A stretch of 64,000 nucleotides of DNA from Candidatus Binatia bacterium (GTDB lineage: Bacteria > Desulfobacterota > Binatia > UBA9968 > JAJDTQ01). The notes beneath the pieces were generated by a model. The model was not told where the DNA came from. It searched no databases and saw nothing but the letters and a program-made list of their open reading frames with translations. The DNA is taken from assembly GCA_963666515.2 (NCBI GenBank), contig OY762897.2, positions 3,616,001-3,680,000 of the forward strand, read 5' to 3'. The translations under genes and the position numbers were made by a program. The number at the start of each line of letters is the position of its first letter. The stretch's first letter is position 1. Positions 1-10,404 of the stretch are shown piece by piece.

Positions 1-1
1 T

Positions 2-478
2 GTGATGGGCCCAGGCGGGATAGCCGAGGTCGCGGATGTAGGCGGCCAGCTCGGTGGAGAGGTCGGAGCACGCCGCGTAGACCCGCATGGCCTCCTCCTC
101 CACCGCGTCCGCCCCCTCCAGCACCTTGTGGTAGTCCTCGACGATGCAGGCCGCGATGACGAACTCGTGGGGGACCTCCTCGCCCAGGTCGATCATGGTG
201 GGCGTGAGCCGGCAAATACCCACCAGGTCCGCGCCCAGCTCCCGGGCCTTGGCCTTGATCCGCGCGGTCATGGCGGAACGGTCGGTCACCTCGACGCGCT
301 CGGGGTTCACCGGGCCGTCCCGGAACTTGGCGTTCTCCACCCAACGCCGGGTGTAGGCCACCACCTTCTCGGAACGGCTTGCGTAGTGAGGCACCTCCTC
401 CAGTCCCAGGTCATGGACCATGGAGGCCAGCACCGGATCGGCCATTCCCTGCATTCGTCTCGGCGTCGTTCCGCGCAT
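2..478 (-). CDS. Reductive dehalogenase / epoxyqueuosine reductase (QueG)-like cobalamin-Fe-S protein, 5' part (runs off window edge)
   Basis: Not in the ORF track; manual translation from ATG at 478 (GGGAG RBS upstream) gives MRGTTPRRMQGMADPVLAS...RIKAKARELGADLVGICRL...ELAAYIRDLGYPAWAHH. The 'IKxxARxxGADLVGI' and 'AxYIRxLGYPAxAH' segments are typical of RdhA/QueG-family proteins. The Fe-S motifs would lie outside the window. Confidence 0.7.
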   Translation of the reverse strand, partial: MRGTTPRRMQGMADPVLASMVHDLGLEEVPHYASRSEKVVAYTRRWVENAKFRDGPVNPERVEVTDRSAMTARIKAKARELGADLVGICRLTPTMIDLGEEVPHEFVIAACIVEDYHKVLEGADAVEEEAMRVYAACSDLSTELAAYIRDLGYPAWAHH

Positions 479-529
479 GGAGGGCTCCCTTGTTTCGAGG
501 ACGCCCCGGTGGGAGCGTCACCTCCATAA

Positions 530-659
530 TGCTCCGCCACTGTGCTCCGCCACTGCTGCCCGGATCAGCCGTACCAGAACAAGGGGCCGCGTTGCAATAC
601 GAGTCCTTCCGACGGCCGGAAGGGGGCGGCCGGGCAGCCGTCCGGTTGGGCAGCCGTCC
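530..659. repeat. Short direct repeats in the divergent promoter region (TGCTCCGCCACTG x2 at 530-555; GGGCAGCCGTCC x2 at 632-643 and 648-659)
   Basis: Read directly from the sequence; function unknown. Confidence 0.6.
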
Positions 660-738
660 CTTTCTCGTGTAATATCCTGTGCACGTGCGGGAACCCGCCT
701 CGATCCGGCGGGGCGGACGTTGAACGGGGCGGGTTCGA

Positions 739-1383
739 ATGCTGCGTTTCGTGACCATCGAGGGAGGGGACGGGTCGGGAAAGAGCCGTCACATCCGGCT
801 GCTCGGCGAGCATCTGGCTTCACGGGGCATGTCCCCGCTGATCACCCGGGAGCCGGGCGACACGCCGATGGGCAAGGAGTTGAGACGGCTCCTGGTGGAA
901 GGCGGCCCGGACTCCCTGTCCGACGAGACCGAGCTGTTCCTGATCCTGGCGGACCGGGCCCAGCACGTGCGCGAGGTGGTCCGACCGGCCTTCGAGCAGG
1001 GCAGGCTCGTGGTGTCCGACCGCTACGCCGATTCGACGCTGGCGTACCAGGGCTACGGGCGGGGCATGGACCTGGACCTGTTGCGACGTCTGAACCTCGT
1101 CGCCACTGGCGGCACCATGCCGGAGTTGACCATCGTCCTGGACTGTCCGGTAGAAGTGGCGCTGGCCCGGGCCGCGGAACGGCAGGACGGTAGCGGCGCG
1201 CGCGAAGACCGTTTCGAAGCCGAAGGGATTACGTTTCAGCGCCGGGTGCGCGAGGGATTCCTCGAATTGGCCGAGGCCGAGCCCTCGCGCTGCGTGGTGG
1301 TCCCGACCGACGGCACGGTTATGGCGGCCCAGGAACAGATGAGGCGGATCATCGACGAACGCCTTCACGGGGGTGGAGGCTAG
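739..1383 (+). CDS. tmk: Thymidylate kinase
   Basis: FVTIEGGDGSGKS P-loop, TREPG and DRYxDS motifs. Confidence 0.97.
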   Translation: MLRFVTIEGGDGSGKSRHIRLLGEHLASRGMSPLITREPGDTPMGKELRRLLVEGGPDSLSDETELFLILADRAQHVREVVRPAFEQGRLVVSDRYADSTLAYQGYGRGMDLDLLRRLNLVATGGTMPELTIVLDCPVEVALARAAERQDGSGAREDRFEAEGITFQRRVREGFLELAEAEPSRCVVVPTDGTVMAAQEQMRRIIDERLHGGGG

Positions 1384-1390
1384 AGACGTA

Positions 1391-2374
1391 ATGCTGCGGT
1401 TTCAGGACATCGTCGGCCATCAGGGCCAGATCGAGCTGTTGCGACGCGCCGTGGACCGCGACCGGCTTCACCACGCCTATCTCTTCGCTGGCCCGGAGGG
1501 CGCCGGCAAGAGGACCGTGGCCACGGCCCTGGCGGGGGCGGTCCAGTGCAGTGAAGGCGGTGCGGACGCCTGCGGCGCGTGCCCGAGCTGCCGATGCATC
1601 GACGACCGCAACCACCCGGACGTGCACTGGCTGGAGCAGCGCAAGGGCAAGCGCGACATCACCATCGAGCAGGTGCGGGAGCTGCAGCGGCAGTTGGCCC
1701 TGCGCCGCTTCAACGGGAGGAAGAAGGTCGCCATCGTCGATCCTTTGACGCTCATGAACCTGCACGCCCAGAACGCGCTGCTCAAGACGCTGGAGGAACC
1801 GTCGGACCACTCGCTGCTGATCCTCGTCACCGAGAGCACCGGCGGGGTTCTTCCGACGGTGCTGTCCCGCTGCCTGCAGCTCCGGTTCTCGCCGCTTACG
1901 GTGGAACAGGCGGCCGCGGTCGTGGCCCGGCGCAGGGATATACCGGAAGACCGGGCGCTGCTGCTGGCCGCGGTGAGCTACGGCAGCCTCGGCAAGGCGC
2001 TGGCCGCGGACGAGACCGAGGGGCTGGACCAGCGGCAGGAGTGCTTCCGGCGGCTGTCGGCGCTTTCGCCCGACGACGTGCGCGGGGTCACGGCGCTGGC
2101 CGAGGAGATGGGCGGCGACCGGGACAAGGCGTTGCGATTCCTCGACTGGGTCAAGGGATGGCTGCGCGACATCATGGTGCTCCAGGTCACGGGCTCCACC
2201 GACACGGTGTACAACCGGGACCTGCTCGAACCGCTCCGGCGCGCCGCCGCTGCCGGCGGGGTGCGGCAATCGACGGCAGCCCTGGCCGAGATCGACAACG
2301 TCACCCGGGCCATTCACCGGAACTACAACCGGCGCATGGTTCTGGAGGGCTTCATTCCCATGCTATTGAACTGA
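1391..2374 (+). CDS. holB: DNA polymerase III subunit delta'
   Basis: HAYLFAGPEGAGK, zinc-binding Cys cluster (CGACPSC), HPD, AQNALLKTLEEP and SRC motifs; follows tmk. Start may be 1373 or 1391. Confidence 0.95.
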   Translation: MLRFQDIVGHQGQIELLRRAVDRDRLHHAYLFAGPEGAGKRTVATALAGAVQCSEGGADACGACPSCRCIDDRNHPDVHWLEQRKGKRDITIEQVRELQRQLALRRFNGRKKVAIVDPLTLMNLHAQNALLKTLEEPSDHSLLILVTESTGGVLPTVLSRCLQLRFSPLTVEQAAAVVARRRDIPEDRALLLAAVSYGSLGKALAADETEGLDQRQECFRRLSALSPDDVRGVTALAEEMGGDRDKALRFLDWVKGWLRDIMVLQVTGSTDTVYNRDLLEPLRRAAAAGGVRQSTAALAEIDNVTRAIHRNYNRRMVLEGFIPMLLN

Positions 2375-2414
2375 CTACTGACCTGAATCGAGCCGAAGGG
2401 AATCTCAGACCGCC

Positions 2415-3965
2415 ATGGACCGGATATACTTCACCACGCCGATCTACTACGTGAACGCCCAGCCGCACCTGGGGCACACCTACACCACCATCATCGCGGA
2501 CACGCTGAAGCGCTATCACCGCATGCGGGGCAGGGACGCGTACTTCCTCACGGGCACGGACGAGCACGGCGACAAGATCGCCCGGGCCGCGGCCGCGGAC
2601 GGCACCGACCCCAACGCGTACACGGACCGCATCAGCGGAATGTTCCGGTCCACCTGGGACGCCTGCGGCATCGCCTACGACCACTTCATCCGCACCACCG
2701 ACGACTACCACAAGGCCACGGTGAGCCGGATCCTGCAGCACATCTACGACGCCGGCGACATTTACTTCGGCGAGTACGGCGGGTTCTACTGCTACGGCTG
2801 CGAGCGCTTCTACACCGAGAAGGAACTGCAGGACGGCAAGTGCCCGGACCACCAGACCGAGGCCGCCTACATCGAGGAGAAGAACTACTTCTTCCGCATG
2901 AACAAGTACCAGGACCGCCTCATCGAGCACCTGAACGAGAAGCCCGGCTTCGTCACGCCCCAGCGGTATCGCACCGAGGTGCTGGCGCTCCTGCGCGAGC
3001 CCCTGGAAGACCTGTGCATCTCCCGGCCCAGGAGCCGGCTGCAATGGGGCATCCCGCTGCCCTTCGACGGCGACTACGTGACCTACGTGTGGTTCGACGC
3101 GCTGATCAACTACGTGAGCGCGCTGGAGCACAAGGGCGGGGACTCCTTCGACGCCTACTGGCCCTGCTGCAACCACCTCATCGCCAAGGACATCCTGAAG
3201 CCCCACGCCGTCTTCTGGCCCACCATGCTCATGGCCGCGGGGTTGCCGCTCTACGACCGGCTCAACGTCCACGGCTACTGGATCATGGACAAGGGCAAGA
3301 TGTCCAAGAGCCTGGGCAACGTCATCCGCCCCCTCGACATGAAGGAACGCTACGGCATGGACGCGTTCCGCTACTACCTGCTGCGGGAGATGGTGTTCGG
3401 CCAGGACGCCACCTTCTCCATGGAAGCGTTCGTGAACCGGGTCAACGCCGACCTCGCCAACAACTTCGGCAACCTGGTGAGCCGGGTCCTCGCCATGCAG
3501 AAACGGTACTTCGGCAGCGTGGTCCAGCCCATGGGCGACGGCGACCGGCCGGAGGACCGGGAGCTAAGGGAAGCCTTTGAGACGGCCGCGGCCAACGTCG
3601 ACCGGCACATGGAAGAGATGGCCTTCCACCGCGCCCTGGAGTCGATCTTCGAGGCGGTGGACAAGACCAACCAGTACATCGTGCAGACCGCGCCGTTCAC
3701 CCTCGTCAAGGACCCGGACCAGAAGCCCCGGGTGGGCGAGATCCTGCACCACGTCCTGGAAAGCGTGCGCCTCACCGGCGACCTGCTGGCGCCGTTCCTC
3801 CCGGAGACGGGCGCCGCGGTGCGAAGGCTCCTGGGACTCCCCGCCAGTGACGCGCTCCAGGCCGAGTGGGGCGGCTCCTTCCCCGAAGGGCACCAAGTCC
3901 AACCGCCGGAAATCCTCTTCCCCCGGATCGAGGAGACGGAGGACGACGGCGACGCCGATGCCTGA
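2415..3965 (+). CDS. metG: Methionine--tRNA ligase (short form without C-terminal tRNA-binding domain)
   Basis: TTPIYYVN..HLGH (HIGH), GTDEHG, YVWFDALINY and KMSKS. Confidence 0.97.
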   Translation: MDRIYFTTPIYYVNAQPHLGHTYTTIIADTLKRYHRMRGRDAYFLTGTDEHGDKIARAAAADGTDPNAYTDRISGMFRSTWDACGIAYDHFIRTTDDYHKATVSRILQHIYDAGDIYFGEYGGFYCYGCERFYTEKELQDGKCPDHQTEAAYIEEKNYFFRMNKYQDRLIEHLNEKPGFVTPQRYRTEVLALLREPLEDLCISRPRSRLQWGIPLPFDGDYVTYVWFDALINYVSALEHKGGDSFDAYWPCCNHLIAKDILKPHAVFWPTMLMAAGLPLYDRLNVHGYWIMDKGKMSKSLGNVIRPLDMKERYGMDAFRYYLLREMVFGQDATFSMEAFVNRVNADLANNFGNLVSRVLAMQKRYFGSVVQPMGDGDRPEDRELREAFETAAANVDRHMEEMAFHRALESIFEAVDKTNQYIVQTAPFTLVKDPDQKPRVGEILHHVLESVRLTGDLLAPFLPETGAAVRRLLGLPASDALQAEWGGSFPEGHQVQPPEILFPRIEETEDDGDADA

Positions 3966-4830
3966 GAACGCCTTAGGAGAGACTAAAGCCGCTCATCCTG
4001 AGCGTAGCGGAGCGTCAGCGGAGCGAAGTCGAAGGACCCTCATCGACACCCACTGCCACATCCAGACAGAGGAGTTCGACGAAGACCGCGACGAGGTGCT
4101 GGCACGGGCTCGCGACGCCGGCGTCGAGACCCTGATCGTCGTGGGCGGAGCGGGGGACCTCTCCACCAACGACGCGGCGGTGCGCCTCGCGGAAGCGCAC
4201 ACCGGCCTCTACGCCACCGTCGGCATGCACCCGCACGACGCCAAGGACGTGGCCACTGAGGACATGGACCGGCTGCGCGGCCTGGCCGCTCACCCCAAGG
4301 TCGTCGCCATCGGCGAGACCGGCCTCGACTTCCACTACGACCACTCGCCCCGGACCGTGCAGCGGGAGATGTTCGATCGCTTCGTCGGCCTGGCGCAGGA
4401 AACCCGGCTCCCCATCGTCGTGCACAACCGGGAATCGGACCGTGAGGCGGCGGAGACGCTTCGAAACGGCGGTGGAAACCTGGAGGGGGTGATCCACTGC
4501 TTCACCAGCGACGCCGCGGCCGCCCGGGCTTTCCTCGACTTGGGCTTCTACCTCTCGTTCTCGGGCATCGTCACCTTCAAGAACGCCGAGGCGCTTCGGG
4601 ACATCGCCCGCTGGGTGCCCCTGGACCGGCTCCTCATCGAGACCGACGCTCCGTTCCTGGCGCCCGTTCCCAAGCGCGGGCGCCGCAACGAGCCGGCTTA
4701 CGTTCGCTTCGTGGCCGAGACCTTGGCGGAGGTCCGGGGGGTCGGTGTAGACGACATCGCCGGCGCCGCCAGCGACAACGCCCGGACGCTGTTCCGGCTG
4801 CCTTCCGACAACACTGCGCGGGAATCATGA
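3958..4830 (+). CDS. tatD: TatD family deoxyribonuclease
   Basis: IDTHCH, GMHPH, IGETGLD, HCF and ETDAPFL motifs; ATG at 3958 overlaps the metG end. Confidence 0.93.
   Translation: MPENALGETKAAHPERSGASAERSRRTLIDTHCHIQTEEFDEDRDEVLARARDAGVETLIVVGGAGDLSTNDAAVRLAEAHTGLYATVGMHPHDAKDVATEDMDRLRGLAAHPKVVAIGETGLDFHYDHSPRTVQREMFDRFVGLAQETRLPIVVHNRESDREAAETLRNGGGNLEGVIHCFTSDAAAARAFLDLGFYLSFSGIVTFKNAEALRDIARWVPLDRLLIETDAPFLAPVPKRGRRNEPAYVRFVAETLAEVRGVGVDDIAGAASDNARTLFRLPSDNTARES
3989..4036 (+). repeat. Palindromic/REP-like repeat (CCGCTCATCCTGAGCGTAGCGGAGCG...GCGAAGTCGAAGGA) inserted in frame near the tatD start
   Basis: Resembles the widespread 'TCATCCTGAGCG...GTCGAAGGA' short repeat family; translates as HPERSGASAERSRR just before the TatD IDTHCH motif. 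Confidence 0.65.
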
Positions 4831-5717
4831 TCGACGGCAAGACGAAACTCCTGGGAGTGCTGGGGTGGCCGGTGGAGCATTCCATGTCGCCGGTGATGCA
4901 CAACGCCGCTATCGAAGCAGCGGGCCTCAACGCGTGCTACGTTCCCCTGCCGTGCCCGCCCGAGGCATTGGGGGAGGTCATCGCCGGGCTGCGCGGCATG
5001 GGGTTCCTCGGCGCCAACGTCACCATTCCCCACAAGCAGGCGGTCATCGAGCACCTCGACGGCCTGAGCGAGGAGTCCCGCTTCACCGGCAGCGTCAACA
5101 CCCTCTACTGGGAGGGGGACCGGCTGATGGGCACCACCACTGACGCCACGGGCGCCGTGCTGAACCTCCGTCAGGCCGGCATCGAGCTGGACGGCAAGCG
5201 GGTCGCCGTCCTGGGGACCGGCGGCGCAGCCCGGGCGCTGGCTTTCGTGTTAGCCCGGGGCCATTCCGCGGGAGCAGGCGGCGGGCGAGAGACGTTTCAT
5301 TTGCCAGAGATCACCTTGCTGGGCCGGAACGGTGACAAGGCCGGCAGGCTTGCGCAGGACATCGCAGCCGGAAGCGCACCGGGCACGTCGGTCCGCTCGA
5401 GCCTGCTGAAGGAGTTTGCAACCCTAGGAAGCGAGGCCGACATCATCGTTAACTGCACGTCGGTGGGCATGGCCCCGGACGTCGAGGGATGCCCCATTGA
5501 CCCTACGCTCCTTGAGCCGAGCCACGCCGTCTACGATATCGTCTACCAGCCCCGCGAGACCGTGCTTCTCCGGGAGGCGAAACGGAAGGGGTGCCAAACC
5601 GTGGAAGGCATCGGCATGCTCATCCACCAAGGCGCCGCATCCTTCCGTATCTGGTTCGGCCGCGATCCGGACACGGAGATAATGTTCGCCGCCCTCGTGG
5701 CCTTTGGCTACGGATGA
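4827..5717 (+). CDS. aroE: Shikimate dehydrogenase
   Basis: GWPVEHSMSPVMHN, GANVTIPHK, SVNT, GTGGAARA, NCTSVGM and DIVY motifs. Confidence 0.95.
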   Translation: MIDGKTKLLGVLGWPVEHSMSPVMHNAAIEAAGLNACYVPLPCPPEALGEVIAGLRGMGFLGANVTIPHKQAVIEHLDGLSEESRFTGSVNTLYWEGDRLMGTTTDATGAVLNLRQAGIELDGKRVAVLGTGGAARALAFVLARGHSAGAGGGRETFHLPEITLLGRNGDKAGRLAQDIAAGSAPGTSVRSSLLKEFATLGSEADIIVNCTSVGMAPDVEGCPIDPTLLEPSHAVYDIVYQPRETVLLREAKRKGCQTVEGIGMLIHQGAASFRIWFGRDPDTEIMFAALVAFGYG

Positions 5718-5739
5718 GCACGCGAGGACGGGATCATCC

Positions 5740-5850
5740 AGCTTGGCGCAACCGGTCTTGTCTTCCGAGGCGTGGGAGATGAACACATCGAAAACCCGAC
5801 TGTCCGATGCGGCAATCGCGACAGTCGAATCGCGCGGGATCAGAGTTTCC
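5740..5850 (-). pseudogene. Remnant of a TIR-domain gene
   Basis: Minus-strand frame reads ...SDSRVFDVFISHASEDK, the canonical TIR/TIR_2 box-1 motif. Similarity is lost right after it and the frame runs antisense into aroE. Confidence 0.65.
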
Positions 5851-6111
5851 TTAGCATTCGGTATCTATTATTGTCCAAGTAAAGCGCCCTTGAGCTGTTA
5901 TTCGGCCCCGACTAACTAACGCCTCTACCGCCTCCGCTATTCTAGTGGTCGCCATAGCAGGATCTATTCGACCTTTCCCGTTTCGCACTAGAATCTTCGC
6001 CGCCTCTTGCGGCACATTGTGTATATGAGGACGTTCATCGCGAGCAACAAGACTCTCAATCGCCTCAATGACAGCACTTTCTGCGATGCTTTCACTATTG
6101 TCGGCTCTCAT
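5851..6111 (-). CDS. Small hypothetical protein (86 aa), possibly winged-helix-like
   Basis: ORF with GGAG RBS and atypically AT-rich codons; the C-terminus (RIAEAVEALVSRGRI) resembles a wHTH recognition helix plus wing. Confidence 0.55.
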   Translation of the reverse strand: MRADNSESIAESAVIEAIESLVARDERPHIHNVPQEAAKILVRNGKGRIDPAMATTRIAEAVEALVSRGRITAQGRFTWTIIDTEC

Positions 6112-6257
6112 TCGACGGATCTCCTAGGTTCCCATTTTGGTTTGGCCCGTTACGTAAATGTGCCCTTGGTGGCCTTGAATGATAGCGTTTCGAAGCCGGG
6201 ATCGACAGCCTCTGGCCTGTGCCCGGATTCCGCCTGCGCGGGCTGGTCGTCGGGTAG

Positions 6258-6295
6258 AACAAAGAGGGGAGGACCAATGTCCTCCCCTCTTTGTT
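6258..6295. terminator. Intrinsic terminator downstream of groEL
   Basis: Perfect 17-bp inverted repeat AACAAAGAGGGGAGGAC-CAAT-GTCCTCCCCTCTTTGTT. Confidence 0.85.
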
Positions 6296-6323
6296 GTCAA
6301 CTCGGCGCGAAGCCCCGCCGATT

Positions 6324-7955
<1,632 letters not shown>

Positions 7956-8246
7956 TTATTCGACGATTCCCAGGATATCGTCTTCCCGCATGATGAGATG
8001 CTCTTCTCCGTCCAGCTCGATCTCGGTGCCGGAGTACTTCCCGAACAGGACCTTGTCTCCCGCCTTGACGTCCAGGGCCACGACCTTGCCGTCCTCGCGC
8101 TTGCCCGAGCCCACGGCCACCACCATGCCCTCCTGGGGCTTTTCCTTGGCCGTGTCCGGGATGATGATGCCGCCAGCCGTCTTTTCCTCCTCGTCGAGCC
8201 TCTTGACGATGATCCTGTCGTGCAAAGGCTTCACTTTCGCCGCCAT
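7956..8246 (-). CDS. groS: Co-chaperonin GroES
   Basis: [25 protein letters not shown] and KYSGTE. Confidence 0.99.
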   Translation of the reverse strand: MAAKVKPLHDRIIVKRLDEEEKTAGGIIIPDTAKEKPQEGMVVAVGSGKREDGKVVALDVKAGDKVLFGKYSGTEIELDGEEHLIMREDDILGIVE

Positions 8247-8287
8247 AAGAACCTCCCTTTAAGAGTGAGATGATGAGATTTCGCGCG

Positions 8288-8315
8288 AATCTAACCACGA
8301 TTTTCTTGCAGTCAA
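8288..8315 (-). promoter_or_regulatory. Putative sigma70 promoter of groESL
   Basis: TTGACT-16 nt-TAGATT upstream of groS; no canonical CIRCE seen. Confidence 0.55.
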
Positions 8316-8364
8316 GGGGTGTCCGGGGTATTTCCTGAGGTATTTCTTAGGGAGGTAACGCAAC

Positions 8365-8985
8365 GTGTTGAAAATCTGGGGAAGGAAGACATCATCCAAC
8401 GTGCAGAAGGTCCTGTGGTGCTGCGGGGAGCTGGAAATCCCGTTCGAGCGCATCGATCTGGCCGGCGAGTTCGGCGGCAACAGGGAGGAGCCCTACCTGA
8501 GCCTCAACCCCAACGCCGTGGTCCCGACCATCGAGGACGGCGACTTCGTCCTGTGGGAGTCCAACAGCATCGTCCGTTACCTGGTCCAGAAGTACAACGG
8601 CGGCCGGCTCCTGCCCGGCACCCCCGAGGGCCGGGGCAACGCCAACCGCTGGATGGACTGGCAGTTGTCCACCCTGAACACGTTCCTGGTGCCGATCTTC
8701 TTCGGCATCGTCCGCACCCCCGAGGCCGAGCGCGACCCCGCGGCCATCGAGAAGGCCGTGGCCGCGGCGGTGCCCAAGTGGCAGATCGTCGAGCGCTACC
8801 TCGAAGGCCAGAGCTATCTGGCCGGCGATTCCTTCAGCATCGGCGACATTCCCGCCGGCATCTGGGCCTACCGCTGGTTCAACATGCCCATCGACCGGCC
8901 GTCGATGCCTAACGTCGAGGCGTGGTACCAGCGCCTCACCGAGCGCCCTCCCTACCGGGAACACGTCATGATCCCGCTCTCGTGA
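8365..8985 (+). CDS. Glutathione S-transferase (GstB-like)
   Basis: IWGRKTSSNVQKVLW, LNPNAVVPTIEDGDFVLWESNSIVRYL and FSIGDI. Confidence 0.93.
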   Translation: MLKIWGRKTSSNVQKVLWCCGELEIPFERIDLAGEFGGNREEPYLSLNPNAVVPTIEDGDFVLWESNSIVRYLVQKYNGGRLLPGTPEGRGNANRWMDWQLSTLNTFLVPIFFGIVRTPEAERDPAAIEKAVAAAVPKWQIVERYLEGQSYLAGDSFSIGDIPAGIWAYRWFNMPIDRPSMPNVEAWYQRLTERPPYREHVMIPLS

Positions 8986-8999
8986 GCGGGGGTCGATCC

Positions 9000-9103
9000 G
9001 AAACGACTTTGAAATGACGCGGAAACGAGAAATGTCTGTAGAAATTATTTGACAATAAAAACAATGGCTTATATCCTGTTGATCGGAAACGAGACGGAAA
9101 TGA
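9000..9103 (+). promoter_or_regulatory. Sigma70 promoter flanked by phased GAAAYGA direct repeats (candidate operator)
   Basis: TTGACA (9049-9054)-17 nt-TATCCT (9072-9077); GAAAYGA at 9000, 9011, 9022 and at 9086, 9097 (11-bp period). Confidence 0.7.
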
Positions 9104-9110
9104 GCCATAA

Positions 9111-10358
9111 ATGGAAGCCTCGACTGTCAGCCGCTACGTAATACCGCAACGCTGGATACGCTACGACTTGGCGGCCATTCTTGAGTCCCTGGTCCAAGCC
9201 AGGACCGCGGCAGGCGTCCTGACCCGAATGCCGTATCTGCCCCAGTGGATCGAGCAGGTCCACGAGGAACAGTTGCGGCTGGAAGCAGCCGGGACTTCAC
9301 GCATCGAAGGCGCCGAGTTTACCCAACGAGAGCAAGACGAAGCACTCGCCCCTGACGCTCCCAACCGCACCGATCTCACACATTCCCAACGGCAACTACG
9401 GGCCGCGGACGCCACCTACCGCTGGTTGCGTTCGCTGCCGGCCGACCGATGGATCACGACCGATCTCATCCTGGGGGTCCACCGGCGTATCGTAACCGGA
9501 TGTGATGACGACCACTGCGAACCGGGGGCGTTGCGACCCGACGGATGGAACGTGACCTTTGGTACTCCGCTCTGCCGCGGCGTCGAAGGCGGTGCCGAGT
9601 GCCGCGTTGCCTTCGACTCTCTCTGTGCCGCCATCGCCGGCGAGTTCCGCCCACACGACCGGATCATCCAGGCCATCGCAACCCACTACCATGTGGGCTC
9701 CATGCACCCCTTCGGGGACGGCAACGGCCGCACAGCCCGCGCGCTGGAAGCGTTCATGCTGCGACAGGCCGGAGTCAACGATATGGTGATGGTGAGCCTG
9801 TCCAACTACTACTACGAGCACAAGGACGAGTATCTGGCGGCGCTGTTCGCCTCCCGGCGAGCAGGCCATGACCTGACCGTTTTCCTCAAGTTCGCCCTCA
9901 GGGCGGTCGCGGACAGATGCAACGCCGTCGCTGCGGCAATCACTGCCAACCACAAGCGGACCCTGTTCCGGGAATTCGCCCGGTCATTGTTCGGACAATT
10001 GCGCAGTCCCCGCCGCCGCGTTCTGGCCGACCGCCAACTGAGGATTCTGGAGATTCTGTTGGATGGCGGCTCGGTCAGCCTGGATGGGATGGAGGATCGC
10101 GTCCGGGCGGACTACGACGGTCTGAAATACCCCGTTCGCGCGCTTGCTCGGGATCTGATCGAGTTGATCGATCTGTCCGCCATCTCGCTTGACGGCGAAC
10201 GGGTCGCTGTCAACCTGGACTGGCCGCAGCAGTTCTCGGGTTCGGAGCTACTTCAGCGGTATGAGAGCATGCCGTCCGCGGCATCCGCCAGCAATCCCGC
10301 CATGGCGACGTTGTCCCAGCTACTAGGGCGCCGGCGCGGTCGCGGCACTCCCAAGTGA
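9111..10358 (+). CDS. Fic family protein with N-terminal inhibitory motif and C-terminal winged HTH
   Basis: HPFGDGNGRTAR Fic motif; TSRIEG matches (S/T)xxxE(G/N); C-terminal LADRQLRILE...ALARDLIELID is wHTH-like. Confidence 0.9.
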   Translation: MEASTVSRYVIPQRWIRYDLAAILESLVQARTAAGVLTRMPYLPQWIEQVHEEQLRLEAAGTSRIEGAEFTQREQDEALAPDAPNRTDLTHSQRQLRAADATYRWLRSLPADRWITTDLILGVHRRIVTGCDDDHCEPGALRPDGWNVTFGTPLCRGVEGGAECRVAFDSLCAAIAGEFRPHDRIIQAIATHYHVGSMHPFGDGNGRTARALEAFMLRQAGVNDMVMVSLSNYYYEHKDEYLAALFASRRAGHDLTVFLKFALRAVADRCNAVAAAITANHKRTLFREFARSLFGQLRSPRRRVLADRQLRILEILLDGGSVSLDGMEDRVRADYDGLKYPVRALARDLIELIDLSAISLDGERVAVNLDWPQQFSGSELLQRYESMPSAASASNPAMATLSQLLGRRRGRGTPK

Positions 10359-10404
10359 ATACCAGACGGAAGGCGAACGCGGTTCCACACCACATTCGAC
10401 TCGA

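Noticed and set aside
480-740. Cobalamin riboswitch upstream of the dehalogenase-like gene
   Set aside because: GCCACTG motifs are present but on the plus strand, opposite to the gene. The minus-strand AAAGGGA...CCGG segment lacks the rest of the consensus. An Infernal search with RF00174 would settle it.
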